From positions 2,208,001-2,272,000 of the forward strand of contig JAKFCY010000002.1 in assembly GCA_036676395.1 (NCBI GenBank): a stretch of DNA of 64,000 nucleotides. Direction: 5' to 3'. Positions 27,722 to 38,337 of this stretch are shown here, piece by piece. The DNA is from Bdellovibrio sp. Lineage in GTDB: Bacteria > Bdellovibrionota > Bdellovibrionia > Bdellovibrionales > Bdellovibrionaceae. Both the position numbers and the translations under genes were made by a program. Under the pieces are notes generated by a model. It had not been told where the DNA came from. It did no database searches and was given only the letters and a program-made list of their open reading frames with translations. Numbering within the stretch: the stretch's first letter is position 1; every line of letters starts with the position of its first letter.

Positions 27722-29739
27722 ATTTGGATTCTTTCTTTCTCGGATAAGAACAATTTATTATTCGATTTACAGGCAAAAGCTTCAGTAAAACCAGGTTGAT
27801 GTTTTACCTGCTCATTAATACGCGCATAACCTAAAGCGTGCGGATCAGTTTTTAATAACATTTCTTTCATTTTATCGCGGGCGACACCACACCATAAACG
27901 ACCGTAAGCGACGAAGAATTTCTTTTTATCTTCGATTGAGCCTTCGCCTTTTGGAAAAGCCGCTCTGTAAGCGAATGTTAACCCCACTAAGTCAGCTGTG
28001 TTTTCACCTAAAGTTAGCTCACCGTTGTGACCAATTTTATTAAATTGATCTGTCATACGCTGGCCACGCTCTTTAAATGTCTTCACATCTTCATCAGTCA
28101 TCCACTGTTTAAGACGACCTTTATCATCAAATTTCGAACCTTCGTCATCAATTGCATGCCCTAATTCATGAGCTACGACTGCACCAACGGCCCCAAGATT
28201 TTCGATCACATCACCTTCTGGAACAAAAAATGGATACTGCAAAATACCGATCGGCATTACAAATTTGTTTTTATCCGCAGAATAGTAAGCATTCACTGTT
28301 AAAGGGCCCATTCCCCAAGCTTCTTGGTTTACGCCTTCTTTAAATTTTTTCAAACTTCTTTTAATTCCCTGTGTCGCCAAAAGTTTACCGTTATGATAAG
28401 GCTTTTTGTCAGAGTATTTTTGAATAGGTTTAAAATCCCATTCTTTGTCGGTGTACGGCTGAATCAACTGTAATTTGGCTTGATCGATTTTGGCAATCGC
28501 TCCCGATTTACCTTGTGCGGATAACCAAGTATTCGATTTTAAACCATCAATAATTGATTGACGTACACGTTCTGCAACGACTTTCATTTTCTCTTTCGGA
28601 AAATGCGGAAACAAACGCGGTAACATTTCTAAATCAAGCTCGCGGTTGAATGAGCCCATCACAGAAGTTGTGCAACGCTCTTGGCGATCCGGACGCGATG
28701 GCGCTCCGCCTAAGTATTTATGGCTGAATTCCATGCGCTTTTTAAATAATTCAGGGTATGCATCATCCATAAACCCGCGGGCCGAACGAAAGAAATACGT
28801 GTCTTTTAAAACTTGTAAGTTTTCATTTTTAAGTTCTTTTTGCACAAATTCAAAACTTTCCGGAATAAAATCACGAATCAAAGTTTTTGCCGGAATATTC
28901 TTTTTGATAAAATCATCTAAGCCAATAGCTGAGGTGCGTTTTAAAAATTCTTCACGCGTTACGTAACGAGGCTCTGTCCAACGTTTTCTAAATTCTGCTG
29001 GCATCGGGTAAGTGGCTTTGAAACGAGCTTCAAAATCAATCATGTTTTGAGCACGTTTTTTAAAATCGTCTTTATTACCTTCTGGATATACAGCCATAAA
29101 AAACTCAACAACTAGATCACGGTAAGCCGACATTAATTCTTTGTTATCATAATAGCTGTGCTCGGGTAAAAACATTAAGCCCACGTCAAACATCAGATCA
29201 TAAATTTTTGGATTATCGATATTTGGACCCATGTCATAATTAACAAAAGACCATTTTTCGGTGACCATATTTTCTTTATTGAATTTAACGAAATCCTCAA
29301 TTGATTTCAGTTTATCAATATCCGTGCGTAATGCGGCAACCAGCTCATGCTCTTCAGCTATGGCCCCAGCTTCATTCATACAGGCTTTGTAATACTGTTT
29401 CATTTGCAATGAACGCGGGTTTAATTTTTTCTCGCTATCAATGTTTTTAAAAAAAGTTTTTTTCTTTTCTAATAAGCGCTCATCTGAGTCTTCAAAGGCG
29501 AAAAAGTGGGCACTGCGATCTTCACGTAATTTAAATGAAGCTTCGACATTGCTACAGACGTACTTATGAAAATCATCACAAGGATTTGCTTTGTCATTGA
29601 GCGGGTATTCACGTTTTTCTGGAATTTCAGAAGACGGTGCAACGTTAGATTGTGCAGTTTGTGCGGCGTAAGTGATGGGAATAATGGTTAAAGCCGATAA
29701 AATTACACCAATTCCTATAGTCGAAGACTTAATCTTCAT
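27715..29739 (-). CDS. M13 family (neprilysin/PepO-like) exported metallopeptidase
   Basis: PCDDFHKYVC, VNAYY, HELGH, GENTAD; signal peptide; GGAGG before ATG 29739. Confidence 0.92.
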   Translation of the reverse strand: MKIKSSTIGIGVILSALTIIPITYAAQTAQSNVAPSSEIPEKREYPLNDKANPCDDFHKYVCSNVEASFKLREDRSAHFFAFEDSDERLLEKKKTFFKNIDSEKKLNPRSLQMKQYYKACMNEAGAIAEEHELVAALRTDIDKLKSIEDFVKFNKENMVTEKWSFVNYDMGPNIDNPKIYDLMFDVGLMFLPEHSYYDNKELMSAYRDLVVEFFMAVYPEGNKDDFKKRAQNMIDFEARFKATYPMPAEFRKRWTEPRYVTREEFLKRTSAIGLDDFIKKNIPAKTLIRDFIPESFEFVQKELKNENLQVLKDTYFFRSARGFMDDAYPELFKKRMEFSHKYLGGAPSRPDRQERCTTSVMGSFNRELDLEMLPRLFPHFPKEKMKVVAERVRQSIIDGLKSNTWLSAQGKSGAIAKIDQAKLQLIQPYTDKEWDFKPIQKYSDKKPYHNGKLLATQGIKRSLKKFKEGVNQEAWGMGPLTVNAYYSADKNKFVMPIGILQYPFFVPEGDVIENLGAVGAVVAHELGHAIDDEGSKFDDKGRLKQWMTDEDVKTFKERGQRMTDQFNKIGHNGELTLGENTADLVGLTFAYRAAFPKGEGSIEDKKKFFVAYGRLWCGVARDKMKEMLLKTDPHALGYARINEQVKHQPGFTEAFACKSNNKLFLSEKERIQIW

Positions 29740-29880
29740 GAAACCCTCCATGGTCCAGTTAAGAAGATACTATTTTGACAGTATTTACCTCTTGCGTGAA
29801 GCTTTTTTTCCACATCGTGACATGAGTCCAACTTCTGGTGCATAATATCGATTATCGTTTCACTCTAGCAGGAGGCTATT

Positions 29881-31011
29881 ATGTCTGTTCCATTTATCGA
29901 CTTAAAATCTCAATACAACGCATTGAAAACTTCAATCGATGCACGCATCCAAAAAGTTTTAGACAGCGGTGCCTATATCAATGGTCCTGAAGTCGCAGAA
30001 TTAGAACAAAAACTAGCAGCGCACACTGGATCAAAGTACTGTTTAGCCGTAGCCAGCGGCACTGATGCCTTAGTTATCCCGTTAATGGCTTTAGGTGTCG
30101 GCCAAGGCGACGAAGTGATTACCACTGCGTTTTCATTTATCGCAACAGCTGAAACAATTGTTTTAGCCGGCGCCACACCAATTTATGTAGATATTGATCC
30201 TAAAACTTTCAATATCGATCCTAAAAAAATTGAAGCAGCGATCACACCTAAAACAAAAGCCATCATGCCCGTTTCTTTATACGGCCAAGTTGCAGACTTA
30301 GATGAAATCAACGCGATTGCAAAAAAGCATAACTTGTTTGTTATCGAAGATACGGCGCAATCTTATGGCGCAAAATACAAAGATAAAAAAAGTGGTTCAA
30401 TGACAACGGCTGCAGGAACTTCATTCTACCCCGCTAAACCTCTTGGTTGTTACGGTGACGGCGGAGCAATTTTCACAAACGATGAAGCTCTATTAAAAAT
30501 CATGAAAGAAATTCGCGAGCATGGTTCTGAAAAACGCTACTACCACACGCGTCTTGGCGTGAATGGCCGCTTAGATACAATTCAATGTGCGATTTTATTA
30601 TCAAAACTTGAAAGATACGACTGGGAAGTTGAAGCACGTAACAAAATCGCTCACAACTTTTCAACTTCATTCGCTGGTTTAGAAAAACATGATCCATTGT
30701 TTTCTACTCCATTAGTAAAAGCAGGTAATGAAAGCGTTTGGGCCCAATACACAGTAACTGTGACAAACCGTGATGTTTTCCAAAAGAAATGCCAAGAGCT
30801 TGGTGTACCAACGACAGTTCACTACCCGATGACAATGGCTGATCAACCTTGGTATGCTAAAAACACGCCGCAACGCCATGATATCACGCACTCTCGTTGG
30901 GCGGCTCAACACGTGATTTCGTTGCCGATGTTTCCAGATATGACTGCAGAACAACAAACAAAAGTAATTGCAGCAGTTAAAACCGCTGTCGAATTCTCAG
31001 TGAAGGCCTAA
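29881..31011 (+). CDS. DegT/DnrJ/EryC1/StrS sugar aminotransferase (WbpE-like)
   Basis: SGTDAL, IEDTAQS, SFYPAKPLGCYGDGG. Confidence 0.92.
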   Translation: MSVPFIDLKSQYNALKTSIDARIQKVLDSGAYINGPEVAELEQKLAAHTGSKYCLAVASGTDALVIPLMALGVGQGDEVITTAFSFIATAETIVLAGATPIYVDIDPKTFNIDPKKIEAAITPKTKAIMPVSLYGQVADLDEINAIAKKHNLFVIEDTAQSYGAKYKDKKSGSMTTAAGTSFYPAKPLGCYGDGGAIFTNDEALLKIMKEIREHGSEKRYYHTRLGVNGRLDTIQCAILLSKLERYDWEVEARNKIAHNFSTSFAGLEKHDPLFSTPLVKAGNESVWAQYTVTVTNRDVFQKKCQELGVPTTVHYPMTMADQPWYAKNTPQRHDITHSRWAAQHVISLPMFPDMTAEQQTKVIAAVKTAVEFSVKA

Positions 31012-31012
31012 C

Positions 31013-31876
31013 ATGATTAATTTAGTAAATGAATTTAAACCCTTAACAAAAACTGTTACGCTTGAATCAAAATACGGAAACATCACCTGGGGTGATGGCA
31101 AAAGTTTCGTGCTATTTGCTGGCCCTGATATTATCGAAGACGAAGGCATGGTGATTGAAACCGCAAAAGAAATTAAGCGCGTAACAACTGCATTAGGTAT
31201 TCCTTGGATTTTAAAATGTTCATTTGATAAGGCCAACCGTCAAAGTTTAAAAAGCTTTCGCGGCCCAGGCATGAAAGAAGCCTTAGCTTCTTTAGAAAAA
31301 ATCAAAGTGTCTGTAGGTTGTAATTTTATCACTGACGTTCACGAAACGATTCAAGTTGAAGAAACAGCTCAGTACGCTGAAGTTATTCAAATTCCTGCGT
31401 TCTTGTCTCGCCAAACCGACTTAATGGTGGCCGCAGCAAAAACTGGCCGCGTGCTTCATATTAAAAAAGGGCAATTTTTAGCTCCTTGGGATATGAAAGC
31501 TATTGCGCAGAAGGCCGTACAAACTGGCAACGATAAACTTTTACTTTGCGACCGCGGAACAACATTTGGTTACAATCGTTTAATCAACGATATGACGGGT
31601 TTAGTAGAAATGCGTCGTTTGGGCTTTCCGGTGATCATGGATTGCACACACTCAACGCAATTGCCTGGCGCAACTGGCGAATCTAGTGGCGGTCGTGGCG
31701 ATATGGTGTGGCCATTAGGTCGAGCAGCTGTTGCTGTCGGCGTTGATGGGATCTTTTTAGAGACTCATCCAGATCCAGAAAAAGCGCTTTGTGATGGGCC
31801 GACGTCATTGCCACTTCACAACTTAGAAGCTGTGCTTAAAAACCTTAAAAATATTTTTGATACTCACCAAAAATAG
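31013..31876 (+). CDS. kdsA: 3-deoxy-8-phosphooctulonate (KDO8P) synthase
   Basis: SFDKANR, IQIPAFLSRQTDL, KKGQF, RGTTFGY, ETHPDP. Confidence 0.93.
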   Translation: MINLVNEFKPLTKTVTLESKYGNITWGDGKSFVLFAGPDIIEDEGMVIETAKEIKRVTTALGIPWILKCSFDKANRQSLKSFRGPGMKEALASLEKIKVSVGCNFITDVHETIQVEETAQYAEVIQIPAFLSRQTDLMVAAAKTGRVLHIKKGQFLAPWDMKAIAQKAVQTGNDKLLLCDRGTTFGYNRLINDMTGLVEMRRLGFPVIMDCTHSTQLPGATGESSGGRGDMVWPLGRAAVAVGVDGIFLETHPDPEKALCDGPTSLPLHNLEAVLKNLKNIFDTHQK

Positions 31877-31891
31877 TGGCAACGTAGGGGG

Positions 31892-32866
31892 ATGCGAATC
31901 ATCCCTGCAAGCCTGAAGAATTATCTTCGCCCAGTTATAGCTTTTATACTGTTATTACTAGTTTTAAAATTGGGGCTTATTGATTTAGAACAGCTAAAAC
32001 TCAGCTTTAAAAATCCAATTATCTTAGCCGCAGGTTTAGGTTTTTTCACGCTGCACACACTTTCTTTAGCCCTTCGCTGGAATCTTTTAGTTAATTTGGA
32101 AATCGAATATCCCTATAAAACGGCCGCTAAACAAACGCTGATCGGAAACTTTTTTAATTTCTTTATTCCAAGTGGTGTTGGGGGCGATATCTTTAAAGCG
32201 TTAGCTATTTCTGAATCGCATAAAGTTCCAAAAAGAATGAGCTTTTCTTTGGTCACGATCGATCGTGTCCTGGGATTGTTTTGTTTAATATTTTTTTCGT
32301 CTTCATTTTTATTTGTCGAATACTTTTTTGGCATGTCAGAGCCCCTCGTCAAACTTTTAAAAATCAGCTTAATCTTATTGGTGGTAGCTTGCTTAGGATT
32401 AATGTTTTTGTATCACTCGCATAAAATTATTCCGCGCTTTAAAAATAAATTTAAATTCTTTTTATTTCAGAAGTTATTTTCATTCGCAGAACAAGTGCAA
32501 GTTAACATCTCTAAAGCCATGCAAAGCCCGTTCATGTTAAAATTTATTGGGGTAAGTTTTCTTATCCAATGTATGTCGATTGGCTTCTTATATGTGGTCA
32601 CAATAAACTTAACCCAAGAACCAATTTCAGTTTTTGTCTTCTTACCGCTGGCTTGTTTTGCTTTTATGGCATCAGCAATACCACTTACTCCAGCAGGTAT
32701 TGGTGTTGGCCAAGCTGCGTTTTATTTTATTTTTTCTTTAATAAATATTCCAACGGCTACGGCGATCACAACAGGTGTAAGTCTAATGCAATTTTTTACT
32801 CTGTTAGTTAGTCTTCCAGGGGGATATTTTTTCGCAACATCACGCAAAGGCACACAAGAAAGGTGA
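31892..32866 (+). CDS. UPF0104 / lysylphosphatidylglycerol-synthase TM (flippase-like) protein
   Basis: RW, FFNFFIPSGVGGD, DR, IPLTPAGIGV motifs. Confidence 0.85.
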   Translation: MRIIPASLKNYLRPVIAFILLLLVLKLGLIDLEQLKLSFKNPIILAAGLGFFTLHTLSLALRWNLLVNLEIEYPYKTAAKQTLIGNFFNFFIPSGVGGDIFKALAISESHKVPKRMSFSLVTIDRVLGLFCLIFFSSSFLFVEYFFGMSEPLVKLLKISLILLVVACLGLMFLYHSHKIIPRFKNKFKFFLFQKLFSFAEQVQVNISKAMQSPFMLKFIGVSFLIQCMSIGFLYVVTINLTQEPISVFVFLPLACFAFMASAIPLTPAGIGVGQAAFYFIFSLINIPTATAITTGVSLMQFFTLLVSLPGGYFFATSRKGTQER

Positions 32867-32870
32867 CTTT

Positions 32871-33398
32871 ATGACAATACTGATTAAGCAGCTTCTGAAT
32901 CTGATTAAGATGTTACATTCAGAAAATGGGACCACACAAATCGCCTGGGGTTTAACCTTAGGGGCCTTTCTGGGTTTTTCTCCGTTTTTCTCGCTGCAAA
33001 CTTTTTTAATTTTATTTATTCTTTTCTTTTTTCGCGTGCAATTTGGCGCAGCGTTTTTATCAGCTTTCGTTTTTAAATTCGTGGCTTTCTTAATCGATCC
33101 ATTAGCCAACTCTTTAGGTCAATGGGCCCTCGAAGAACCCTCACTTCGCCCGATCTGGACAAAGCTTTATAATATCCCAATCATCCCGTACACGCGCTTT
33201 AACAACTCGATCGTGATGGGAAGTTTTCTAGCTGCTTTGGTTTTAAGCCCATTTCTGTATTTCATGTTCATCTACTTGGTGAAAAAATATCGCACGACTA
33301 TTGCTGTACGTTTTGAAAACAGCAAATCATTCAAAGCCATCAAAGGTAGTAAGTTCTATCTTTGGTACACTAAATATAACGATCTTTACGGCAACTAA
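32871..33398 (+). CDS. TIGR03546 family membrane protein
   Basis: QIAWG...LGFSP...RFNNSIVMGS; paired with the downstream gene. Confidence 0.8.
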   Translation: MTILIKQLLNLIKMLHSENGTTQIAWGLTLGAFLGFSPFFSLQTFLILFILFFFRVQFGAAFLSAFVFKFVAFLIDPLANSLGQWALEEPSLRPIWTKLYNIPIIPYTRFNNSIVMGSFLAALVLSPFLYFMFIYLVKKYRTTIAVRFENSKSFKAIKGSKFYLWYTKYNDLYGN

Positions 33399-33415
33399 TT
33401 TTAGAAGGATCAAAA

Positions 33416-35455
33416 ATGACTGACACAAATCAACCTCAAAATGACTCTAAAAATAATGCTAAAAAAGAAAAAGTTTATAAAGACGGTGGTCTAATCCGCT
33501 GGAGTGCTGTGATCCCCTTCGTCATTGTGATGGCGTTAGGCGCAGCCTACTTTAAATTATTTTTCGATGCGCACATGAAAGCTGGTCTTGAATGGGCTGG
33601 ATACAAAGCTTTAGGCAGCGAAGTAAATATTGGTATTTTTGAAACTTCATTTATCAAAGGCAATGTGGCCATCACAGGTTTACAAATCACCAGTGCTGAG
33701 CAACCTGATTTTAATAGCATTGAACTTGGCTCAATCCGCTTTGATGTGAATTGGGATGCCCTACTTCGTTTAAAATTCGTCGTTGAAGAAATGGCCGTTG
33801 AAAACGTGCAATTCATGTCAAAAAGAAAGTACCGCGGTAAAGTTGCTCCCCCACCACCACCATCTGAAGAAAAACCAGGTTTAGCTTCAGAAGTAAAAGA
33901 TAAAGCTATTGGTAAAATCGACGAAAAAGGCAAAGGCAATCTTTTAGGAGACCTTTCAGCGTTTTTACAAACTGGCGATTACAAAGCGCAATTAGCAGAT
34001 ATCGAATCAACGTTAATATCAAAAAAAATGGCGAATGATCTAAAGGCTAAATGGGCGACTAAGCAAACCGATTGGGATGCAAAATTAAAAGCACTTCCAA
34101 AAGAATCAGATTTCAAAGCTTACAAAACTAAATTTGATGCCATCAAAGTTAAAGATTTTAAAACTCCGCAAGAACTAGATGCTTCGGTTAAACAGTTCAA
34201 TGCTTTAAAATCAGAAGTTGATGCTTCATTGAAATTAGTGAACGACACAAAAAACGAATTTAACGCTGATCTGGTAAATATCAAAAAAGATTACCAAGCT
34301 TTAGATGATCAAATCAAAGCTGACGTAGCCTCGATCAAAGATCGTTTAAAAATTCCAAAAATCGATTCAAAACAAATCGCAAAATCAATTTTCATGGATT
34401 ACTTAAATCCGTACTTACGCAAACTTGATAAAGTGAATGAACTAGCTGAAAAGTACTTACCACCAAAATATTCAAAAATGGTGAATGAAAAATTAGATTC
34501 TAAAGCTATTCTAGCGGGCGGCAAAAAGAAAGCTCCAGTTGAAAAAGCAGAAGATGACACCATTCAACCGCACCCTCGCGCAGATGGTGTGACCTATGAA
34601 TTTCCGGTAACAAATGGTTACCCGTTATTCTGGATTCAAAACGTTAAAGTAAGTTCTAAATCAAATGCCCAAGCTGATTTCGGTGATATTTCTGGCGTCA
34701 TTCAAAATATCGTGTCGAATCAGCGTCAAATCGGCAAACAAACCGAAATGCACATCGCCGGTGATTTTAAATCAAAAAATATTCACGGTTTAAAAGTCGA
34801 TGCGTATTTAAATAATTTAAAAGAAGAACCAGCTGCCGGAATGGATTTCGCAGTCGCCAGCTACCCACTACAAGCGATTGAACTGATGAAAAATAACGAC
34901 GGTCAAATTGCGATGAAAGATTCATCAATCAACATCGCAGCCCATGCCGCGACGGTGGGTTTTAAAACCTACAACATCGGCTTAACGAATGTCTTCAACA
35001 ACGTGCAATTCAACTTAGCGGCAAAAGAAAAAGTCGTCGAAGAGATTCTAAAGAATGCATTTAGCCAGCTAACAACATTTGATCTTAAAGCCGATGTAAA
35101 AGGCGAATTATCAAACTTAGATATCGATGTATCGTCATCATTAGGTGATAAGCTACAAGACGCTCTAAGTGCCAGCATCAAGCAAAAAGTTGACGAGTTA
35201 AATAAAGAGATCAAACTTAAAATCGACAACGAAATCGGCAAAGTTAAAGGCGAAATCGAAAAACAAATCAGCACGCTTACAAAAGGTTACGTCGGTAATG
35301 CCAACGACACTCAAGCAAAGCTGGATGCACAAAAAAATATTGCTGACGAAAAAATTGCCCAAGCCAAAAAAGATCTGGAAAATAAAGCCAAAAGCCAAGT
35401 TCAGGATCAAGGCAAAAAAGCTTTAGACGCTTTAAAAAAGAAGTTAAAGTTCTAA
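33416..35455 (+). CDS. TIGR03545 family protein (membrane-anchored, AsmA-like N-terminus, long helical insertion)
   Basis: IRW followed by TM helix, beta-rich ends, coiled-coil centre; follows TIGR03546. Confidence 0.75.
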   Translation: MTDTNQPQNDSKNNAKKEKVYKDGGLIRWSAVIPFVIVMALGAAYFKLFFDAHMKAGLEWAGYKALGSEVNIGIFETSFIKGNVAITGLQITSAEQPDFNSIELGSIRFDVNWDALLRLKFVVEEMAVENVQFMSKRKYRGKVAPPPPPSEEKPGLASEVKDKAIGKIDEKGKGNLLGDLSAFLQTGDYKAQLADIESTLISKKMANDLKAKWATKQTDWDAKLKALPKESDFKAYKTKFDAIKVKDFKTPQELDASVKQFNALKSEVDASLKLVNDTKNEFNADLVNIKKDYQALDDQIKADVASIKDRLKIPKIDSKQIAKSIFMDYLNPYLRKLDKVNELAEKYLPPKYSKMVNEKLDSKAILAGGKKKAPVEKAEDDTIQPHPRADGVTYEFPVTNGYPLFWIQNVKVSSKSNAQADFGDISGVIQNIVSNQRQIGKQTEMHIAGDFKSKNIHGLKVDAYLNNLKEEPAAGMDFAVASYPLQAIELMKNNDGQIAMKDSSINIAAHAATVGFKTYNIGLTNVFNNVQFNLAAKEKVVEEILKNAFSQLTTFDLKADVKGELSNLDIDVSSSLGDKLQDALSASIKQKVDELNKEIKLKIDNEIGKVKGEIEKQISTLTKGYVGNANDTQAKLDAQKNIADEKIAQAKKDLENKAKSQVQDQGKKALDALKKKLKF

Positions 35456-35595
35456 CTAACCTAAGCTTTTTTCGCTATTTCAGTTCCAATTTGGGTGTAT
35501 GTTTACGGTACTTTACACAAATTTACACCCAAACAAAATCCTGACATTCAATTCCGCTCTCCTGTGTTAGAACTAGAAAAAAACAGGAGATCTCA

Positions 35596-35949
35596 ATGAA
35601 AACTATTTTATTAACATTCGCTCTTTTAATCAGTACTTCTGCTCACGCAGTCATCGCAAATTCAGAGTACGATTCTCGCCATCAAACAATGCTTGAACAA
35701 GCCAGCTTAAAAGCTTGTGGCGTTGAAGGTGGCAAACTGGTTCAGGCATCAAGTTCTGTAGTTAAACACGTCGTTGACCAAGGCATCATCGATTTATATT
35801 ACACAACTGAATTAGAACTAACGGTGAAAACCGAAATTAACGTTTACCACTTTTACCAAGTATCGGTAAAATCATTGTTTGCTTCTGCTTACGACCACAC
35901 AGCTCAAGACTGGGGTATCTACTCAGTTGAATCTATTATTTGTAAATAA
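35596..35949 (+). CDS. Hypothetical exported protein
   Basis: Signal peptide ending SAHA; AGGAG RBS; two Cys. Confidence 0.7.
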   Translation: MKTILLTFALLISTSAHAVIANSEYDSRHQTMLEQASLKACGVEGGKLVQASSSVVKHVVDQGIIDLYYTTELELTVKTEINVYHFYQVSVKSLFASAYDHTAQDWGIYSVESIICK

Positions 35950-35986
35950 TAGATTCTCGTCAAAATTCTAAACGACCACACATTAC

Positions 35987-37816
35987 CTAGGCCATAGCGC
36001 TAGGTAATTGTGTTGATCTGTTCTTTTTAAAACGCGGTTGATTCATTGTATGATATTTTCTGCGTGTGTGCTCTGCTCTTCGTTCTGCGCTGAACGATGT
36101 TACCCGTTTTAAATAACCAATTACGCGGGTTGCATGATCTATGTTTTCTGAGCCACATTTTGCACAACTATGCTTAGTTTTTTTATCAATATGATTGCAT
36201 TCGTTGCAGATAGTGATCTTCACGTTTGTACAAAAATAATTGCAGCCTGTGACTGTAGCCAATTCTATGATTTTTTCATATTGAGCTGGTGTCAGGTGTT
36301 CTTCTAAATTTAAATGCAAAGCAGAGCCGCCGTCTAGATACTGAGTCATCTCTGAGCCGTGCATCGAGAATTTTTCAAGCGGATTCGTCATTTCATCTTC
36401 GACAATGTAAAAGTAAGAATTATAACAATCGCGTGGAACGAAATAGCCATCCTTTCTGTCCCATTCGGCATTTTTAACACCTAAGTTTTCGGCCGGTACA
36501 AATTCGGTATTAAATTTGTAACCAGTTTGGGCCGAACGTTCACGGTTAAGATCGTAAATAACTTTAAGATTTTCTGAGACGAATTTTTTATATTCGGCGT
36601 TGTCACTGACTTCATAACCAAGGTATTCAGCCGCTTCAACCATTCCGTTGATTCCAATCGTTAAATACTGTTTATTCATAGAAATAAAACCCGCATCATA
36701 TGTAGTTAGCATTTTCGCATCCATAAAATCTTCCATTACTTTACGATAAGCTATTTGATAGTTTTGAATTTTTGACACCTCTAAACCAAGATCACGCTTA
36801 TCTTGAATAAGGCGATTCATATTTAGAGTAATCACATTAATGCTGCCTGTGGCTACCCCACCGGCTCCAAGCGTGTAAGAAAATTCTTTTGTGTTCACTT
36901 CGTTTCTAAGTCTGCAGCAGCTGGCTAAACTATCTGCACTTTCAGATAAATACATAAAAAAAGAATTTCCCTGTGATAACTCGTGCGCAGACATTTTTAC
37001 ATAGTCACTATCTTTTGGTTTTTTGCCATCAGTTAACATAGCTACGGTAACTACAGGAAATGTAAGTACCGCTTTTTTACGCTCTAAATTAAACCACTGC
37101 ATAAAATATTTTTGTAAAGTATCTACTGTCTTCCATTTTGGTTTTTCGCCATTTGGGAATACAAAGTTTTCAAACAAGGCATCAAAGTAAAATCGGTCAT
37201 ACACAGAAATATTCCAGAAAACAGATTGATAACCGCGCGCAGCCGCTGGTTGATTAATTGAATATACCACCTGCTGCAGGTATGAACTGACTTCTGTTGT
37301 GTGTGTTGTTAAATAGTCATCGCCATATTCTTTGCGTGCGAAATAATCAAAATATGTTAAAAATTCAACTGTAGCGACAGCTCCTGCGAACTGAGAGCTT
37401 ACTGCAAATACAAAATTAACGAATGTTCCGCAAAACGAGGCTAAATGTTTAGGAGCTTTTGATTCGCCCCCCATTTTAATTAAACCGTCGATTAGCATAG
37501 GATACATACTGACAGATACACAATAAGGCTTAAGTGACGTCTCATCGTGCACGTAAATTTCATGTGATTCAATTTGTCGAATGTATTCGCGGGCTAATTC
37601 AGGTGAAAATAATTTTTCTATTTTGCGTGAGATGATAGCGCGATTAATTTGAATGTTTATATCTTTATTTACCTCAGCTTCAAGTGTTGCGATGTTTTTC
37701 ATTGTGACATTCGCATTGGCATCAAGTTTTGAGCCATCGGCGGCATTAATTGCGCTCAAGTAGCTGTCAATGTAGTTAATTTTTTTTTCGATTTGAGTGT
37801 TGTCTAGACGAATCAT
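35987..37816 (-). CDS. nrdD: Anaerobic (class III) ribonucleoside-triphosphate reductase, no ATP cone
   Basis: YVHD, PYC, ASCCRL finger loop, CNEC/CAKC Zn site, glycyl-radical motif RVIGYL. Confidence 0.95.
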   Translation of the reverse strand: MIRLDNTQIEKKINYIDSYLSAINAADGSKLDANANVTMKNIATLEAEVNKDINIQINRAIISRKIEKLFSPELAREYIRQIESHEIYVHDETSLKPYCVSVSMYPMLIDGLIKMGGESKAPKHLASFCGTFVNFVFAVSSQFAGAVATVEFLTYFDYFARKEYGDDYLTTHTTEVSSYLQQVVYSINQPAAARGYQSVFWNISVYDRFYFDALFENFVFPNGEKPKWKTVDTLQKYFMQWFNLERKKAVLTFPVVTVAMLTDGKKPKDSDYVKMSAHELSQGNSFFMYLSESADSLASCCRLRNEVNTKEFSYTLGAGGVATGSINVITLNMNRLIQDKRDLGLEVSKIQNYQIAYRKVMEDFMDAKMLTTYDAGFISMNKQYLTIGINGMVEAAEYLGYEVSDNAEYKKFVSENLKVIYDLNRERSAQTGYKFNTEFVPAENLGVKNAEWDRKDGYFVPRDCYNSYFYIVEDEMTNPLEKFSMHGSEMTQYLDGGSALHLNLEEHLTPAQYEKIIELATVTGCNYFCTNVKITICNECNHIDKKTKHSCAKCGSENIDHATRVIGYLKRVTSFSAERRAEHTRRKYHTMNQPRFKKNRSTQLPSAMA

Positions 37817-37817
37817 A

Positions 37818-38276
37818 TTATACCCCTTCCGTAAAGTAATGATTCAGGTTTTCACCTGTACGTAAATTGATTAGTTTTTGATTTGTTGTCGGCGAACTGA
37901 GTCCGCCTTTTTCCGCGATATAGGGGCCGTATTTGACATAATCAAGCATATCAAGAAGTGGCTTTGGAATGTCTTCTAATGAATGGCCAGAATAAAGCGC
38001 TGTTTTAAGTTCGTGTTGTTTGCTGGTAATAATTAATTGTTGTAATTCGTGAGCTTGCCATTCGCCTCCTAAGAAAAGCACGCAGCTAATATATTTTTTA
38101 TGTTTTGTGATGAGTTCTGTTAAAGTCTGCTGGTTAAGGTCTGCACCAAGGTCTGGGCGCCATAAATCACTTGAATGACAACCGGGACAACGCAAGGGGC
38201 AGCCGACGACATGTATCCCGAGAGAAACTTCAGTTGGTATTTCTTGAAATGTAACCTGTAGACCACTATATCTCAT
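37818..38276 (-). CDS. nrdG: Class III RNR activating radical-SAM protein
   Basis: GCPLRCPGCHS, FLGGEW, GPY...TTNQ. Confidence 0.93.
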   Translation of the reverse strand: MRYSGLQVTFQEIPTEVSLGIHVVGCPLRCPGCHSSDLWRPDLGADLNQQTLTELITKHKKYISCVLFLGGEWQAHELQQLIITSKQHELKTALYSGHSLEDIPKPLLDMLDYVKYGPYIAEKGGLSSPTTNQKLINLRTGENLNHYFTEGV

Positions 38277-38310
38277 GTCTTGATTACATTTGAGATACTA
38301 TATCTAGTCA
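38263..38310. promoter_or_regulatory. Tandem NrdR boxes
   Basis: CCACTATATCTCATGT (38263-38278) and ATACTATATCTAGTCA (38295-38310), 32 bp apart, matching the NrdR consensus and usual tandem spacing. Confidence 0.75.
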
Positions 38311-38337
38311 AAGTAATGAAATATGAAATTTTTTTAT

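Noticed and set aside
35490..35533. Inverted repeat TTTGGGTGTA...TACACCCAAA near the left edge of the anaerobic island as an att site or IS end
   Set aside because: No integrase, transposase, tRNA or matching copy at the right edge was seen; 24-nt loop and no U-tract, so function is unassigned.
35987..38276. nrdD/nrdG as a prophage remnant
   Set aside because: No phage genes nearby, and the operon has host-type NrdR and Fnr-like sites.
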